Assembly: GCA_002898895.1 (NCBI GenBank)
Contig: BEHS01000001.1
Coordinates: 7,106 to 71,105, forward strand
Direction: 5' to 3'
From: a bacterium HR16
GTDB taxonomy: Bacteria > Armatimonadota > HRBIN16
DNA length: 64,000 bases
In this document: positions 37,936-46,930 of the stretch, piece after piece
How the letters are laid out: each line of letters opens with the position of its first letter
How positions within the stretch are numbered: position 1 is the stretch's first letter
Program-made: the position numbers and the translations under genes
Notes under the pieces: model-generated
The model's database searches: none
Told to the model about the DNA's origin: nothing
The model's input: only the letters and a program-made list of their open reading frames with translations

Positions 37936-38244
37936 TCACCACTCCTGTACTTGCTTGATGATGTGTTCACGTATCGCTTCTTCGATGGCGTAAACGAGCG
38001 CAACGTCCACCTTCAACCTGTCCGCTAACCTCTCTCTCGTAGCCTGCGGTAACCGTAGCGCCCGCTCTTCCAGCCATCGCAGTACCAGCTGTTTCAGAAC
38101 TCTCTTCACCGTTGTCTCTCCTGATAGTCTGTCAGGTGTGATTCTCGTGGCTGTGGCGAGGCGGTCTTGCCTTGCTGTCATTCTGAGCGAAGCGAAGAAT
38201 CTCGTGTTATCGCCACTCCGAGGTGCTTCGCTGATGCTCAGCAT
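37936..38244 (-). CDS. hypothetical phage-module protein (N-terminal part of ORF overlaps a family-1 repeat, so true start probably internal)
   Basis: First about 30 codons are the translated family-1 repeat (SISEAPRSGDNTRFFASLRMT). Likely starts near VKRVLKQLV. Confidence 0.25.
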   Translation of the reverse strand: MLSISEAPRSGDNTRFFASLRMTARQDRLATATRITPDRLSGETTVKRVLKQLVLRWLEERALRLPQATRERLADRLKVDVALVYAIEEAIREHIIKQVQEW

Positions 38245-38250
38245 GACAAG
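38174..38250. repeat. family-1 hairpin repeat unit
   Basis: GCTGTCATTCTGAGCGAAGCGAAGAATCTCG ... AGGTGCTTCGCTGATGCTCAGCATGACAAG. Confidence 0.6.
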
Positions 38251-38305
38251 GGTGCCAAACTACTCTGCCTGCATCTAAACAATCAGGTTCGACGCGCTCG
38301 CGTCA

Positions 38306-39379
38306 CTAGAGTTGAGTCGCTACCAGCGTGCCCCTGAAGGTCCCCGCAGCAGCGCCAGTGTTCTTCACCTTCACGCGGAAGTTACGAGAACCGTATATCT
38401 GCATGATAGGCGACGACACATAGTACCGAACCACAGCATCTGTCGTGGCATCGGTGCTTGTGCCGTACCACACTACCTGCCAGTTGCTGCCGTCTACCTG
38501 CGCTTCTACCCATGCACTGAACGGCTGGTCTCCCATGAAGTGCGCCTGGATGTGACACTGCTCGGTGTAGAATGCGCGGCTGCTTCCTGTACCCACCGAA
38601 CCCGCAGCGAGAGCGGAGAAGGTGTCCGTTACGCTCTGGATGGAACCCAGGCTGGAAGTGCTGGGGACAGAAGCGAACGGCGTATTCGTGAGCCTGACGG
38701 GAAGTGCCATTGCGTCCACATGATGCCCCAGTGCCCCAGGTGGAATGATATCCGCCAGCTGATATGCGGTCACACGATGCACCTTCAGCGTACTGGTTCC
38801 CGCAAGACCAGCAAGCCGAACGCGGAACGGTCCATCGGGAATACCGCTTTCCACATACCGATACACTTCATTGCGGGTGTTCAGGCTGTTGATAGCGCGA
38901 TACGCCCAGATGGCTTCACCAAACCCGACGTAGATGGTCGCCAGCCTGTAGGTGTTGTTGGCTGCACCGACGCTCATGCTGGTCTGGTCTGAAACCACAC
39001 CACCAGCACTCATCCGCGCATCCATGTAGCTGCTGGTGGTACCTGTTGCGCCCCACTCCACCAGGTTGCCGTCGTCGGTATAGAAACCGAAGCGGAAGTT
39101 ATCGGTAGATGCGCGGGCAGTCATGGTCTCCACCACTTCTATCAGGCAGGGCGGCTGGAAACTCTGCTTGCTGAGCAGCACGACGCCGCTGGTGATGGAT
39201 AGCTCGCCGTTCAACGGAATGGGACTGCCTGATACCACTTCCCACTTGTCGGCGTTCAGCGCACCGTTGAAGTCGTCACTCAGCCAGTGCAGAACCTGTC
39301 CACCCGCTACCGGAAAGGGCGTGTCACTCCGCACCGCCTGCCATCGCCCCATCGTATCTGTGAAGCGCAACCTCCTCAC
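38306..39379 (-). CDS. phage-module structural protein of unknown function (357 aa)
   Basis: Large ORF immediately downstream of the major head gene block. No recognisable motifs. Confidence 0.4.
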   Translation of the reverse strand: MRRLRFTDTMGRWQAVRSDTPFPVAGGQVLHWLSDDFNGALNADKWEVVSGSPIPLNGELSITSGVVLLSKQSFQPPCLIEVVETMTARASTDNFRFGFYTDDGNLVEWGATGTTSSYMDARMSAGGVVSDQTSMSVGAANNTYRLATIYVGFGEAIWAYRAINSLNTRNEVYRYVESGIPDGPFRVRLAGLAGTSTLKVHRVTAYQLADIIPPGALGHHVDAMALPVRLTNTPFASVPSTSSLGSIQSVTDTFSALAAGSVGTGSSRAFYTEQCHIQAHFMGDQPFSAWVEAQVDGSNWQVVWYGTSTDATTDAVVRYYVSSPIMQIYGSRNFRVKVKNTGAAAGTFRGTLVATQL

Positions 39380-39621
39380 TCCTTTCTGCTTGTCGCCCGG
39401 CGTGCATGGTTCAACTTCACGCAGGCAAGAGTTTCTTTCAGAGCCTGAAGTGCCTCAGTGTTTCCCCGCACCGCCTGCTCCAGCCGTGTCAGATGCTCCC
39501 GAAGCGTCTGCTCCTGTGCCTGAATGATGCGCTCCAGCGCGCGCAGCGTCAACCGCGCAAACGCCCATTGCGCCGACACCATCGCCCCGATGAGCGTCAA
39601 AACCTGTACTCCGATCTCCAT
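39376..39621 (-). CDS. small membrane-anchored coiled-coil protein (phage module)
   Basis: ATG at 39621 (MEIGVQVLTLIGAMVSAQWAFA TM helix, then heptad-like region). Longer track ORF upstream is translated MITE repeat. Confidence 0.35.
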   Translation of the reverse strand: MEIGVQVLTLIGAMVSAQWAFARLTLRALERIIQAQEQTLREHLTRLEQAVRGNTEALQALKETLACVKLNHARRATSRKE

Positions 39622-39646
39622 GATGCACCTCCTCTGCCCCCTGTCT

Positions 39647-39773
39647 GGAGGGCGAACCTGCCGGTGAGCCGATTTAGCCCCCACCGCGCGCAGGGAGAGA
39701 GCGGTTCCTCCCCCGTCCACGGGGGAGGTCAGGAGGGGATATTTCGTACGGCTCGGCGGGAGCCTCGCCCTCC
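39647..39773. repeat. MITE-like composite element (second near-identical copy)
   Basis: About 85% identity to 31974-32110 including TIRs and the central GGGGGAGG hairpin. Followed by a family-3 repeat at 39780-39803. Confidence 0.65.
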
Positions 39774-39835
39774 CCCATTGGAGGGTCGTGCTCCGTCGCG
39801 ACCACAAACGCACCCGACAGGTTCACCGCGAATCG

Positions 39836-40762
39836 CTAGCTCGCGTTACTGCCGTAAGCAGTCTGCCACAAACCGTAGCCCACGCCGTAACGCGCTCGCG
39901 CGCCGTAATACACCACGTCCCGCAGGAACACACTCTCGCTCACCGACGGGTCCTCCAATGCCGAGAACTCCACCGGCACATCCGACCGCTCCTGCAGAAT
40001 CACCGCACGCACCGCCCGGCTGGTGTCCAGCACAAACCACTGATTGCCTGTGATATACGGGCTGACCACCAGCCTCAGCGCACCTTGCAGCACGTTGCGA
40101 TACGGTGTGTTGTCACCCGTGCCCGCTTTGACCACCACCACCTGCGACTCCAGCAGCTCCATCGCCGCCCAGCGCAGGCGTGGACCCACCAGCAACGTAT
40201 CCGGCAGGATGCCCAGCGGCACGCCCTGATCGTCCTTGAACAGCATCATGCTGGAGATAGCGCTCTGCAGGCTGTCGGGATTCAGCGGTTGGGTGGTGAC
40301 GTTGCTCTGTGTGCCGCTCTCGCCCTCCGAGTGTGCGCTGGAGAAGAGCGGTTGACCGTCGTAGCACGTCTGGCTGAACCCGTCCAGTAACGCTTTCACC
40401 ACCAGATAGTCCTTGTGCCGTGCCGCCTCGCGCCCCAAATCCTGCACCCGCAGTCGGATGGCTCCAATCTGTTCGTCCTCCAGAGCGCGTCTCTCTACCG
40501 CTATTGTGCTCTCCCACACCGTGTCCTGAATGGTGTAGTTATATGCCCGTAAGCCCTTCGGCATGCGCTCGTCCACAAACTCGCGCATCGCAGGCACACT
40601 GCCCAGCCACCCGTACTTCTGCACAGGCAGCTCGGTCTGAATCACCGTTGCAATCTGCGGATAAATCGCCGACTCCACCTGCCGTCGATACGCCTCAAAA
40701 AAGTCTGCACGCAAACCCGCCTCCAGCAAGGCGCCCATTTCGCTCCGTGTAATCGCTGGCAT
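39836..40762 (-). CDS. Mu-like prophage major head subunit (gpT family)
   Basis: Length about 305 aa and conserved gpT-like blocks (YPQIATVIQTELPVQKYGWLG..., QGVPLGILPDTLLVGP, NQWFVLD). Confidence 0.7.
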   Translation of the reverse strand: MPAITRSEMGALLEAGLRADFFEAYRRQVESAIYPQIATVIQTELPVQKYGWLGSVPAMREFVDERMPKGLRAYNYTIQDTVWESTIAVERRALEDEQIGAIRLRVQDLGREAARHKDYLVVKALLDGFSQTCYDGQPLFSSAHSEGESGTQSNVTTQPLNPDSLQSAISSMMLFKDDQGVPLGILPDTLLVGPRLRWAAMELLESQVVVVKAGTGDNTPYRNVLQGALRLVVSPYITGNQWFVLDTSRAVRAVILQERSDVPVEFSALEDPSVSESVFLRDVVYYGARARYGVGYGLWQTAYGSNAS

Positions 40763-40776
40763 TGTCTCTCCTCCTC

Positions 40777-41190
40777 TTACCGCACCGCGTTATCGATACG
40801 AATGCGTGCTTGCGTCGCCGAAAGCACCTCCACCACGTAACCCACCAGCTGGTTGTTGGTGGAAGTGGTGGTCAGCGTGTTGTCGTCCGCTGCGTACATC
40901 GCCTGCCCCACGCTTGCCTGCGTGAAGCCGCTCCCGTTATACACGTAAGTGCCACTCTTCCACACGCGCACCGACCTCGCGCCCGCCGCACCGCCTGTGT
41001 TGTCCACACCTTCAAACGCTACTCCCACGAACACATCGCTGCTTGTGCCGCTGCGCGATGGGTAGGCGTAACCGTCACTGCGCACGCTCACCAGCGCACC
41101 TTTGTAAATCACCGTGTTCGCGCCCACCTTGTAACTCACCAGCTCGCCCGGCTTGTCCTGTGGGTCGTACGCGCTCGTCAACGCTGCCAT
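40777..41190 (-). CDS. phage head decoration/cement-like protein (DUF2190-like)
   Basis: Gly/Ala-rich 137-aa protein directly upstream of the major head gene. Typical GALV..G..Y motif pattern. Confidence 0.4.
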   Translation of the reverse strand: MAALTSAYDPQDKPGELVSYKVGANTVIYKGALVSVRSDGYAYPSRSGTSSDVFVGVAFEGVDNTGGAAGARSVRVWKSGTYVYNGSGFTQASVGQAMYAADDNTLTTTSTNNQLVGYVVEVLSATQARIRIDNAVR

Positions 41191-41193
41191 CTC

Positions 41194-41976
41194 CTATCGC
41201 CTCCTTCCTTCCGACAGATAACGGGCAATCTGCTCGGGGGACAGGTCGCCCCAGTACTTGCGCAGGAACGCCTCCTCTTCCACGCTCAGCGTGTGCTCCT
41301 GCTCGCCTGCAGGTGCGATCTCGCCAAAACGCACAGTCGGCGGCAACGCCTCCACAAAACGGGCGAACACCTCCGCCACGCTCGCGCTACCGCCTGCAAA
41401 GGTCACTGCCTGCGTGCCCTGCAGGAGCAGTGTCTTCGCCATCTCGCGCGTCGCCGGCGTCAGCTTCCCCTGCCTAAGCCATCGCTGCAACGTCTCCTCT
41501 ACCTGTCGCTCGCGCAGGGCAAACTCTGCCGCCTCCGCCCGCCGACGCAACGCCTCCATGTCCTGTTCCAACGCGGTCACCTCCGTCAAAAGTATCTCGC
41601 CCGAAAAAGCCACCGCGCCCGCACTCAGCAGGCGCGCATCCGCCACACGCGGAGTCGCGGTCACCGACACCTCCACAATCCGCTTCAGGTCGGGCGTCAC
41701 CGCCACGCTGATGCCGCGAATGCCCAGCCGTTTCAGCAACGCCTCCGCTTCCGGCAGCAGGGTCAGCCGCCCGAACAGCTCCTTGCCCCGTCGCCACAAC
41801 CGCTTCAGCTCTCCAATCTGCCATCCCTGCGACAGGTGCTCCACCATCAGCGGAACCGGCGCGGTGAAGCCCTCCACCAGCGATTGCAACTGCTCCTCGC
41901 CCACTTCCAGCCCCTTGTCGGGATAGGAGCCGGCTTCAAACAGCTTCGCCTCTCGCTCCACTTCCAACGCGCTCAC
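41194..41976 (-). CDS. Mu-like prophage protease/scaffold (gpI-like)
   Basis: Position directly upstream of decoration and major head genes. Central coiled-coil (ALEQDMEALRRRAEAAEFALRERQVEETLQRW) typical of scaffold. Confidence 0.45.
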   Translation of the reverse strand: MSALEVEREAKLFEAGSYPDKGLEVGEEQLQSLVEGFTAPVPLMVEHLSQGWQIGELKRLWRRGKELFGRLTLLPEAEALLKRLGIRGISVAVTPDLKRIVEVSVTATPRVADARLLSAGAVAFSGEILLTEVTALEQDMEALRRRAEAAEFALRERQVEETLQRWLRQGKLTPATREMAKTLLLQGTQAVTFAGGSASVAEVFARFVEALPPTVRFGEIAPAGEQEHTLSVEEEAFLRKYWGDLSPEQIARYLSEGRRR

Positions 41977-42195
41977 CTCCTTCCACCCTGTACAGCAGAA
42001 AAGCAGACATTTGTCAACCTTTTTCTAATCGAAGGGCGAGGATCCCCCAATCGCCTGTCTTACGGTTCAGACTTTGAATAACCAGGCGATTTGCAGGATT
42101 GCGGGAAAAATCGGCGAAAAAACCGTCAAGTGATGGTACAATGATTGTGCATATATAACGTGGGACAAAGCGCGTCGGGTTGAGGCTATAGAAGC

Positions 42196-42978
42196 ATGGA
42201 GGAGCTGACAGTAACAATCGGAGCAGGAGGGGAACAGGTTGACTTAAATGACATCAGTCAACTTGCGAACCATTTCTGCAAGGCGATACGGGAATTGGCG
42301 CGCGAGCTCACAGGTCAGGAAAAACCCCGTGTCGACATACCTGTCGTACGGGTCGCATCTGGCAGTGTTGCAATGACAATAGGGCCAATGTCCCGTACGC
42401 AAAGCAGTGAGAGCCTCCCGCTGGCGAAATACGTGTTTGAAGACCTGTCTGGCATTCTCGCCCAAACACCGCGTCCTACTATGTCCGTCGACCTGTACAG
42501 GGCTTACACCGAAGTTATTCGTGCACCCCGCAATACCATACCGTACTCCGTGCTGTACGGGAAACGCTTTATCGAAGTCAACGAGCAGGTCAGGCAGCAG
42601 GTGCATCAGATGTCCGAGTACATTCGCGTTCCGCATGCTTCCGTGGTCGGCACTATCGAGAGTGTAAACATTCACAGGATGCCTTATGTTTTCATGCTTT
42701 ATACAAAAGTGGAGCCACGCCAGCACGTCGAATGCCGATTCAGAGACGACGAGTTCCTTCCTGCGGTCACCGACATCCTGAAATCCAGAAAGATGGCAGA
42801 GATAAAAGGAACCGCATACTATGCTCCTGTAGGCATCTTTCCTCTCAGGATAGATGTAGAGGAGCAACCCATGAAGCTGGAATATTCCCCTGAAGACCTC
42901 CTGAGCTATGTGGGACGATTACACATTGTCCCCGAGGGCGTGACAGTGGAGAAATATCTGGAACGAGAGTGGGAGTAA
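42196..42978 (+). CDS. hypothetical protein (260 aa), partner of downstream PIN-domain protein
   Basis: ORF in a lower-GC segment preceded by an extended -10-like TGgTACAAT at 42134-42142. 8-nt gap to the PIN gene. Confidence 0.5.
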   Translation: MEELTVTIGAGGEQVDLNDISQLANHFCKAIRELARELTGQEKPRVDIPVVRVASGSVAMTIGPMSRTQSSESLPLAKYVFEDLSGILAQTPRPTMSVDLYRAYTEVIRAPRNTIPYSVLYGKRFIEVNEQVRQQVHQMSEYIRVPHASVVGTIESVNIHRMPYVFMLYTKVEPRQHVECRFRDDEFLPAVTDILKSRKMAEIKGTAYYAPVGIFPLRIDVEEQPMKLEYSPEDLLSYVGRLHIVPEGVTVEKYLEREWE

Positions 42979-42985
42979 CCTATCG

Positions 42986-43501
42986 ATGCCAGAAGGTTCT
43001 GATAATAAACCTCGCTATTATTGGGACACTTGCTGTTTCATTCACGTTCTGGACGTTCACAGCAGGAAACGGGCAGCGCAAGATGAGCAGGCGCAGCAGA
43101 TGGTCTTTTTTCTGGAGCAGGCGTTCCGCGAGGCTGTGGAAGGCAAGGTACAACTGGTCACGGCTGAATTGCTTCTGGCAGAGATCCTACCTGTAGATGA
43201 TGACCATAAGAACTTTCTGAAACAGGTTAAAGCCTGCCCCTACATCGAGCTGTTAGCGGTAAGCAGGCAAGTTTTTGAACTGGCTGGACGTCTACGTGCG
43301 GAGTGGCGCACGCACAGCAGGAGCGACCTCAAAACGCCCGATGCCGTTCACATTGCTACTGCGCTACTCTTTAAGCCCGATGAGATGTGGACTACTGATG
43401 ACCGCATCTTGAAATTGTGTAATCCGAGCGAGGGCACATACGGAGAATTGCGGATTGTGCGCCCCCATGCCCTTCCACAAATGCGTCTCCCTGACCTATA
43501 G
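42986..43501 (+). CDS. PIN-domain protein (VapC-like ribonuclease)
   Basis: Acidic PIN residues in YYWDTCCFI, DAVHIATAL and TTDDRIL motifs. Confidence 0.8.
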   Translation: MPEGSDNKPRYYWDTCCFIHVLDVHSRKRAAQDEQAQQMVFFLEQAFREAVEGKVQLVTAELLLAEILPVDDDHKNFLKQVKACPYIELLAVSRQVFELAGRLRAEWRTHSRSDLKTPDAVHIATALLFKPDEMWTTDDRILKLCNPSEGTYGELRIVRPHALPQMRLPDL

Positions 43502-44307
43502 GAGGTGCGTGGCGGATGAACACCCTCTACTACGGCGATAACCTCGACATCCTGCGTAAACACCTGCAGGATGAAACAATAGACCTCATCTACCTCGACC
43601 CGCCCTTCAACAGCGCACGTGACTATAACGTGCTCTTCCGCGAGCAGTCGGGTGAACCCGCGCAGGCGCAAATCAAAGCCTTCACCGACACATGGCAATG
43701 GAGCGAACGCACCTACGTGCAGTTCTGCGAGGAGTGTCCCAAACCCGCCCTTGTGGAACTGCTACAGGGCTTCGTCAAAACACTGGGGCGCAACGATGTC
43801 ACCGCCTATCTGGTGATGATGGCGCCCCGACTGGTGGAACTGCACCGCGTGCTCAAACCCACCGGAAGCCTCTACCTGCACTGCGACCCCACCGCCAGCC
43901 ATTACCTCAAGGTGATGCTCGACGTCATCTTCGGAGCGCGTAACTTCAAAAACGAGATCGTGTGGAAACGCACCAGCGCACATAGTGGGGCAAAAAGATG
44001 GGGACCTGTTCATGACACCGTTCTGTTCTATACAAAGAGCGATACATACACGTGGAACAAAGTTTTCAGCCAGTTTGATGCTAAGTACGTCGAGGAGTTC
44101 TACAGATACGAGGACGATAGAGGCAGGTATCAGCTGGTAGACCTTACAGGAGCGGGAGTTCGCTATGGGGAGTCAGGTCAGCCTTGGAAAGGGGTGAACC
44201 CCACTGCTGTTGGCAGGCATTGGGCAGTTCCGCAAAAGCTGGTAGAGGAAGTGGTTGGGAGGGAACGCGCGTCGCAATTAAGTGTGCAAGAGAAACTGGA
44301 TGCACTA

Positions 44308-45492
44308 GTACTTGACCTCTCATCAATCTTGTGGTATAATCTCGCTAATTTGCTAACAGGAGTGCAACCATGCGAAAATACAGCGTCCAATTGACCGAGC
44401 AAGAACACGAGCAACTGACCGACATCATCCGCAAAGGCAAAGCACCTGCCAGACAGATCACCCGCGCCCACATCCTGCTCAAAGCACACAACGGCGAACG
44501 CTACGCCGACATCGCCCACGCTGTGGGGGTCAGCGAGGTCACCGTCACCACCGTCTGTCGGGAGTTCCAGACGCTGCGCACCGACGCCATCTATCGCAAA
44601 CGCCCCAATCGCGTGTATGCCCGCCGACTGGACGGCGCAGCAGAAGCGCAGTTAATTGCTCTGGCTTGCAGTGCGCCACCGGAGGGACGGGCTTCGTGGA
44701 CGATGCAGTTGCTGGCAGACCGGATGGTGCAGTTGGAGGTGGTGGAGACCATCTCCGCCGAGACAGTGCGTCGTACGCTGAAAAAAACGACCTTAAGCCT
44801 TGGCAGAAGCGTTTCTACTGCATCCCCCCAGAGGCAAACGCGGCGTTTGTAGCGGGGATGGAGGACGTGTTAGACGTGTATCAGCGTGCTTACGACCCCC
44901 ACAGACCGGTGTTATGCCTGGATGAGTTGCCGGTGCAGTTAGTGGGTGAAGTGTTCACGCCGTTGCCGATGGAGCGAGGCAAGCCGAAGCGCGAGGATTA
45001 CGAGTATAAGCGGGAGGGCACAGCGAGCGTGTTCATGGTGTTTGAGCCGCTGGCAGGCAAGCGTTATCTGTTTGTGCGCTCCCGTCGCACAGCGTGTGAT
45101 TGGGCGGAGGTGATGCAGCAGATAGCAGACGAGTTATATCCTGAAGCGGAGCGGATAGTGATGGTGATGGACAATCTGAACACGCACGATGTGGCGTCGC
45201 TGTATAAGCGTTTTGTGCCTTCGGAGGCGTGGCGATTGCGTCAGCGTTTTGAGATACACCACACACCGGTTCACGGTAGTTGGTTAAACGTGGCGGAGAT
45301 CGAGTTAAGCGTGTTAGTGCGTCAGTGTTTGGAACGTCGGATAGGGGATATAGGGGCGTTAGACCGGGAGGTACAGGCGTGGGCGCGGTTGCGCAATGAG
45401 GCGTGCGCTTGTGTGGACTGGCAGTTCACGACGGCGGACGCCCGCATCAAGTTGAAGCGTCTCTACCCAAAGATTGAGGAGAGGTGATGTAC
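44308..45492 (+). mobile_element. IS630/Tc1-mariner family insertion sequence (1185 bp) with TA target-site duplication
   Basis: Imperfect 23-bp terminal inverted repeats GTACTTGACCTCTCATCAATCTT / AAGATTGAGGAGAGGTGATGTAC flanked by TA (44306-44307 and 45493-45494). Two overlapping transposase ORFs. Confidence 0.85.
44370..45487 (+). CDS. IS630-family transposase (orfA HTH plus orfB DDE, joined by programmed -1 frameshift)
   Basis: Slippery A7 run A_AAA_AAA_C at 44782-44788. orfA ...LKKTTLSLG in frame 0, and -1 frame continues [18 protein letters not shown]... with the DDE region. Confidence 0.75.
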
Positions 45493-46480
45493 TAGAAGAG
45501 GCAGGCTATATTGTATGGCCCGAGAAAGGGCGAGTGCCCCGCTACAAACGGTATCTGGACATGAACCCCGGTAACCTCATTCAGGACGTTATCACCGACA
45601 TCAACCCGATTTCCTCTCAAGCCCGTGAGCGTCTTGGCTATCCCACACAGAAACCTATCGCCCTGCTGGAGCGAATCATTCTCGCGTCCAGTAACGAGGG
45701 CGACGTAGTGCTGGACCCCTTCTGCGGATGCGGAACCGCCATCGTCGCCGCCCAGAAGTTGAAACGCCACTGGGTCGGCATCGACATCACTCATCTTGCC
45801 ATTGCGCTCATCAAATACCGTCTCGCCGACATGTTTGACCTGCGTGAGGGCAAAGACTACCTCGTTGTCGGCGAACCCACCACCGTCGAGGACGCCCGTG
45901 CCCTTGCCCATCATGACCGCGACGAGTTTCAGCGGTGGGCAATCGGGCTTATCCCCCGTGCCCGTCCCTATCAAGACAAAAAAGGCGCGGACACCGGCAT
46001 CGATGGCGTGCTCTTTTTCAAAGACGACCCAGACGACCCCAAGAAGGTGGTGATTCAGGTCAAAAGCGGGCACGTGGGTGTGAAGGACATTCGCGACTTT
46101 CGTGGGGTGATGGAGCGCGAGAAAGCCACTCTCGGCTTGTTCGTTACCCTTGACGAACCCACCCGCGCCATGCAGACCGAAGCGGAGAGCGTCGGCTTCT
46201 ACGTCACCCCGCTGGGCAAACTGCACCTGCCTCGCCTGCAGATTCGCACCGTCGAGCAGCTCCTGCGCGGCGAGGGTTTCCAGATACCCGGTGCGGCGAT
46301 GCTGATGGGCGTCTCCCGTGCCGAGCGCGTGCAAGAACAGTTCCGCCAGGGCGAGCTGGAGATGTAATCACGCGGACAGTGTTCACCTGCCCTGTCTTGT
46401 CCGGCAGCCGATGCTATAGACCCTGTACTGTAGAGCGCCAAGGCACGACTGCTTGAATGGGAGCAGACCGTTTCCACTTA

Positions 46481-46592
46481 CTTGTCATTCTGAGCGAAGC
46501 GAAGAATCTCGTTGTATCGCCACCCTGAGATGCTTCACTTCGTTCAGCATGACAACAAAATCCTGTCATTCTGAGCGAAGCGAAGAATCTCA
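46481..46592. repeat. family-1 hairpin repeat cluster (three arms)
   Basis: CTTGTCATTCTGAGCGAAGCGAAGAATCTCG / GAGATGCTTCACTTCGTTCAGCATGACAAC / CCTGTCATTCTGAGCGAAGCGAAGAATCTC. Confidence 0.6.
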
Positions 46593-46615
46593 AATGGCAA
46601 CGCGACCATCCTTCT

Positions 46616-46640
46616 GGAGGGCGAGGCTCCATCCGAGCCG
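46616..46640. repeat. family-2 hairpin repeat, solo copy
   Basis: GGAGGGCGAGGCTCCATCCGAGCCG. Confidence 0.5.
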
Positions 46641-46930
46641 TTGAGGGCATTGTGTTCGGCTGTAGCCGCAGGCTTATGGACTTTGAAAAAATAAAGCGAT
46701 TTAACCTCTCCCCCGGCCCCTCTCCTACAAGGAAAGGGGGGCCTCGCGTCGAATGCCCCCTTCCCTCGTAGGGAAGGGGGACAGGGGGTTAGGTTGAATA
46801 CACCTCGCCTCCAAGACCCTTCCCGAAGCTGCGGGAAAGGAGATGAGGGGATAAATACGACTATTTTTCAAAACTCATTAGCCTGCGCTTCTCCAAACAG
46901 AAGACGACTATTAGCGCACGCGCCCCCTTG

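Larger units (their letters stand above)
36978..41976 (-). mobile_element. Mu-like prophage head-morphogenesis module remnant (protease/scaffold, decoration-like, gpT major head, connector proteins)
   Basis: Co-directional block of nine ORFs including a clear Mu gpT-like major head subunit. No terminase, tail or integrase genes in the window. Bounded by an AT-richer region at 42000-42195. Confidence 0.55.
43516..46367 (+). pseudogene. beta-class DNA methyltransferase (N6-adenine/N4-cytosine) disrupted by IS630-family insertion
   Basis: N-part (43516-44307) has motif IV DPPFN. C-part (45493-46367) has YPTQKP and motif I DPFCGCGT. Removing 44308-45492 plus one TA restores a continuous frame ...[19 protein letters not shown]... 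Confidence 0.8.

Noticed and set aside
40762-42081. 439-aa plus-strand ORF overlapping the Mu-like head genes
   Set aside because: Antisense to gpT/gpI-like genes. His/Arg/Gln-rich low-complexity translation typical of GC-rich antisense frames.
42196-42978. Hypothesis that the 260-aa ORF is the restriction endonuclease partner of the adjacent methyltransferase
   Set aside because: No PD-(D/E)xK or HNH signature recognisable by eye. An intact REase beside an IS-inactivated MTase would be lethal unless otherwise protected. The ORF is coupled to the PIN gene rather than to the MTase. Not excluded, but not supported.
46650-46930. Searched intergenic regions (46650-46930, 60352-60553, 63175-63414 and others) for tRNA or small RNA genes
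   Set aside because: No cloverleaf-compatible GTTCRA T-loop/acceptor pattern found. Only GC hairpins and repeat fragments. No tRNA or rRNA called.
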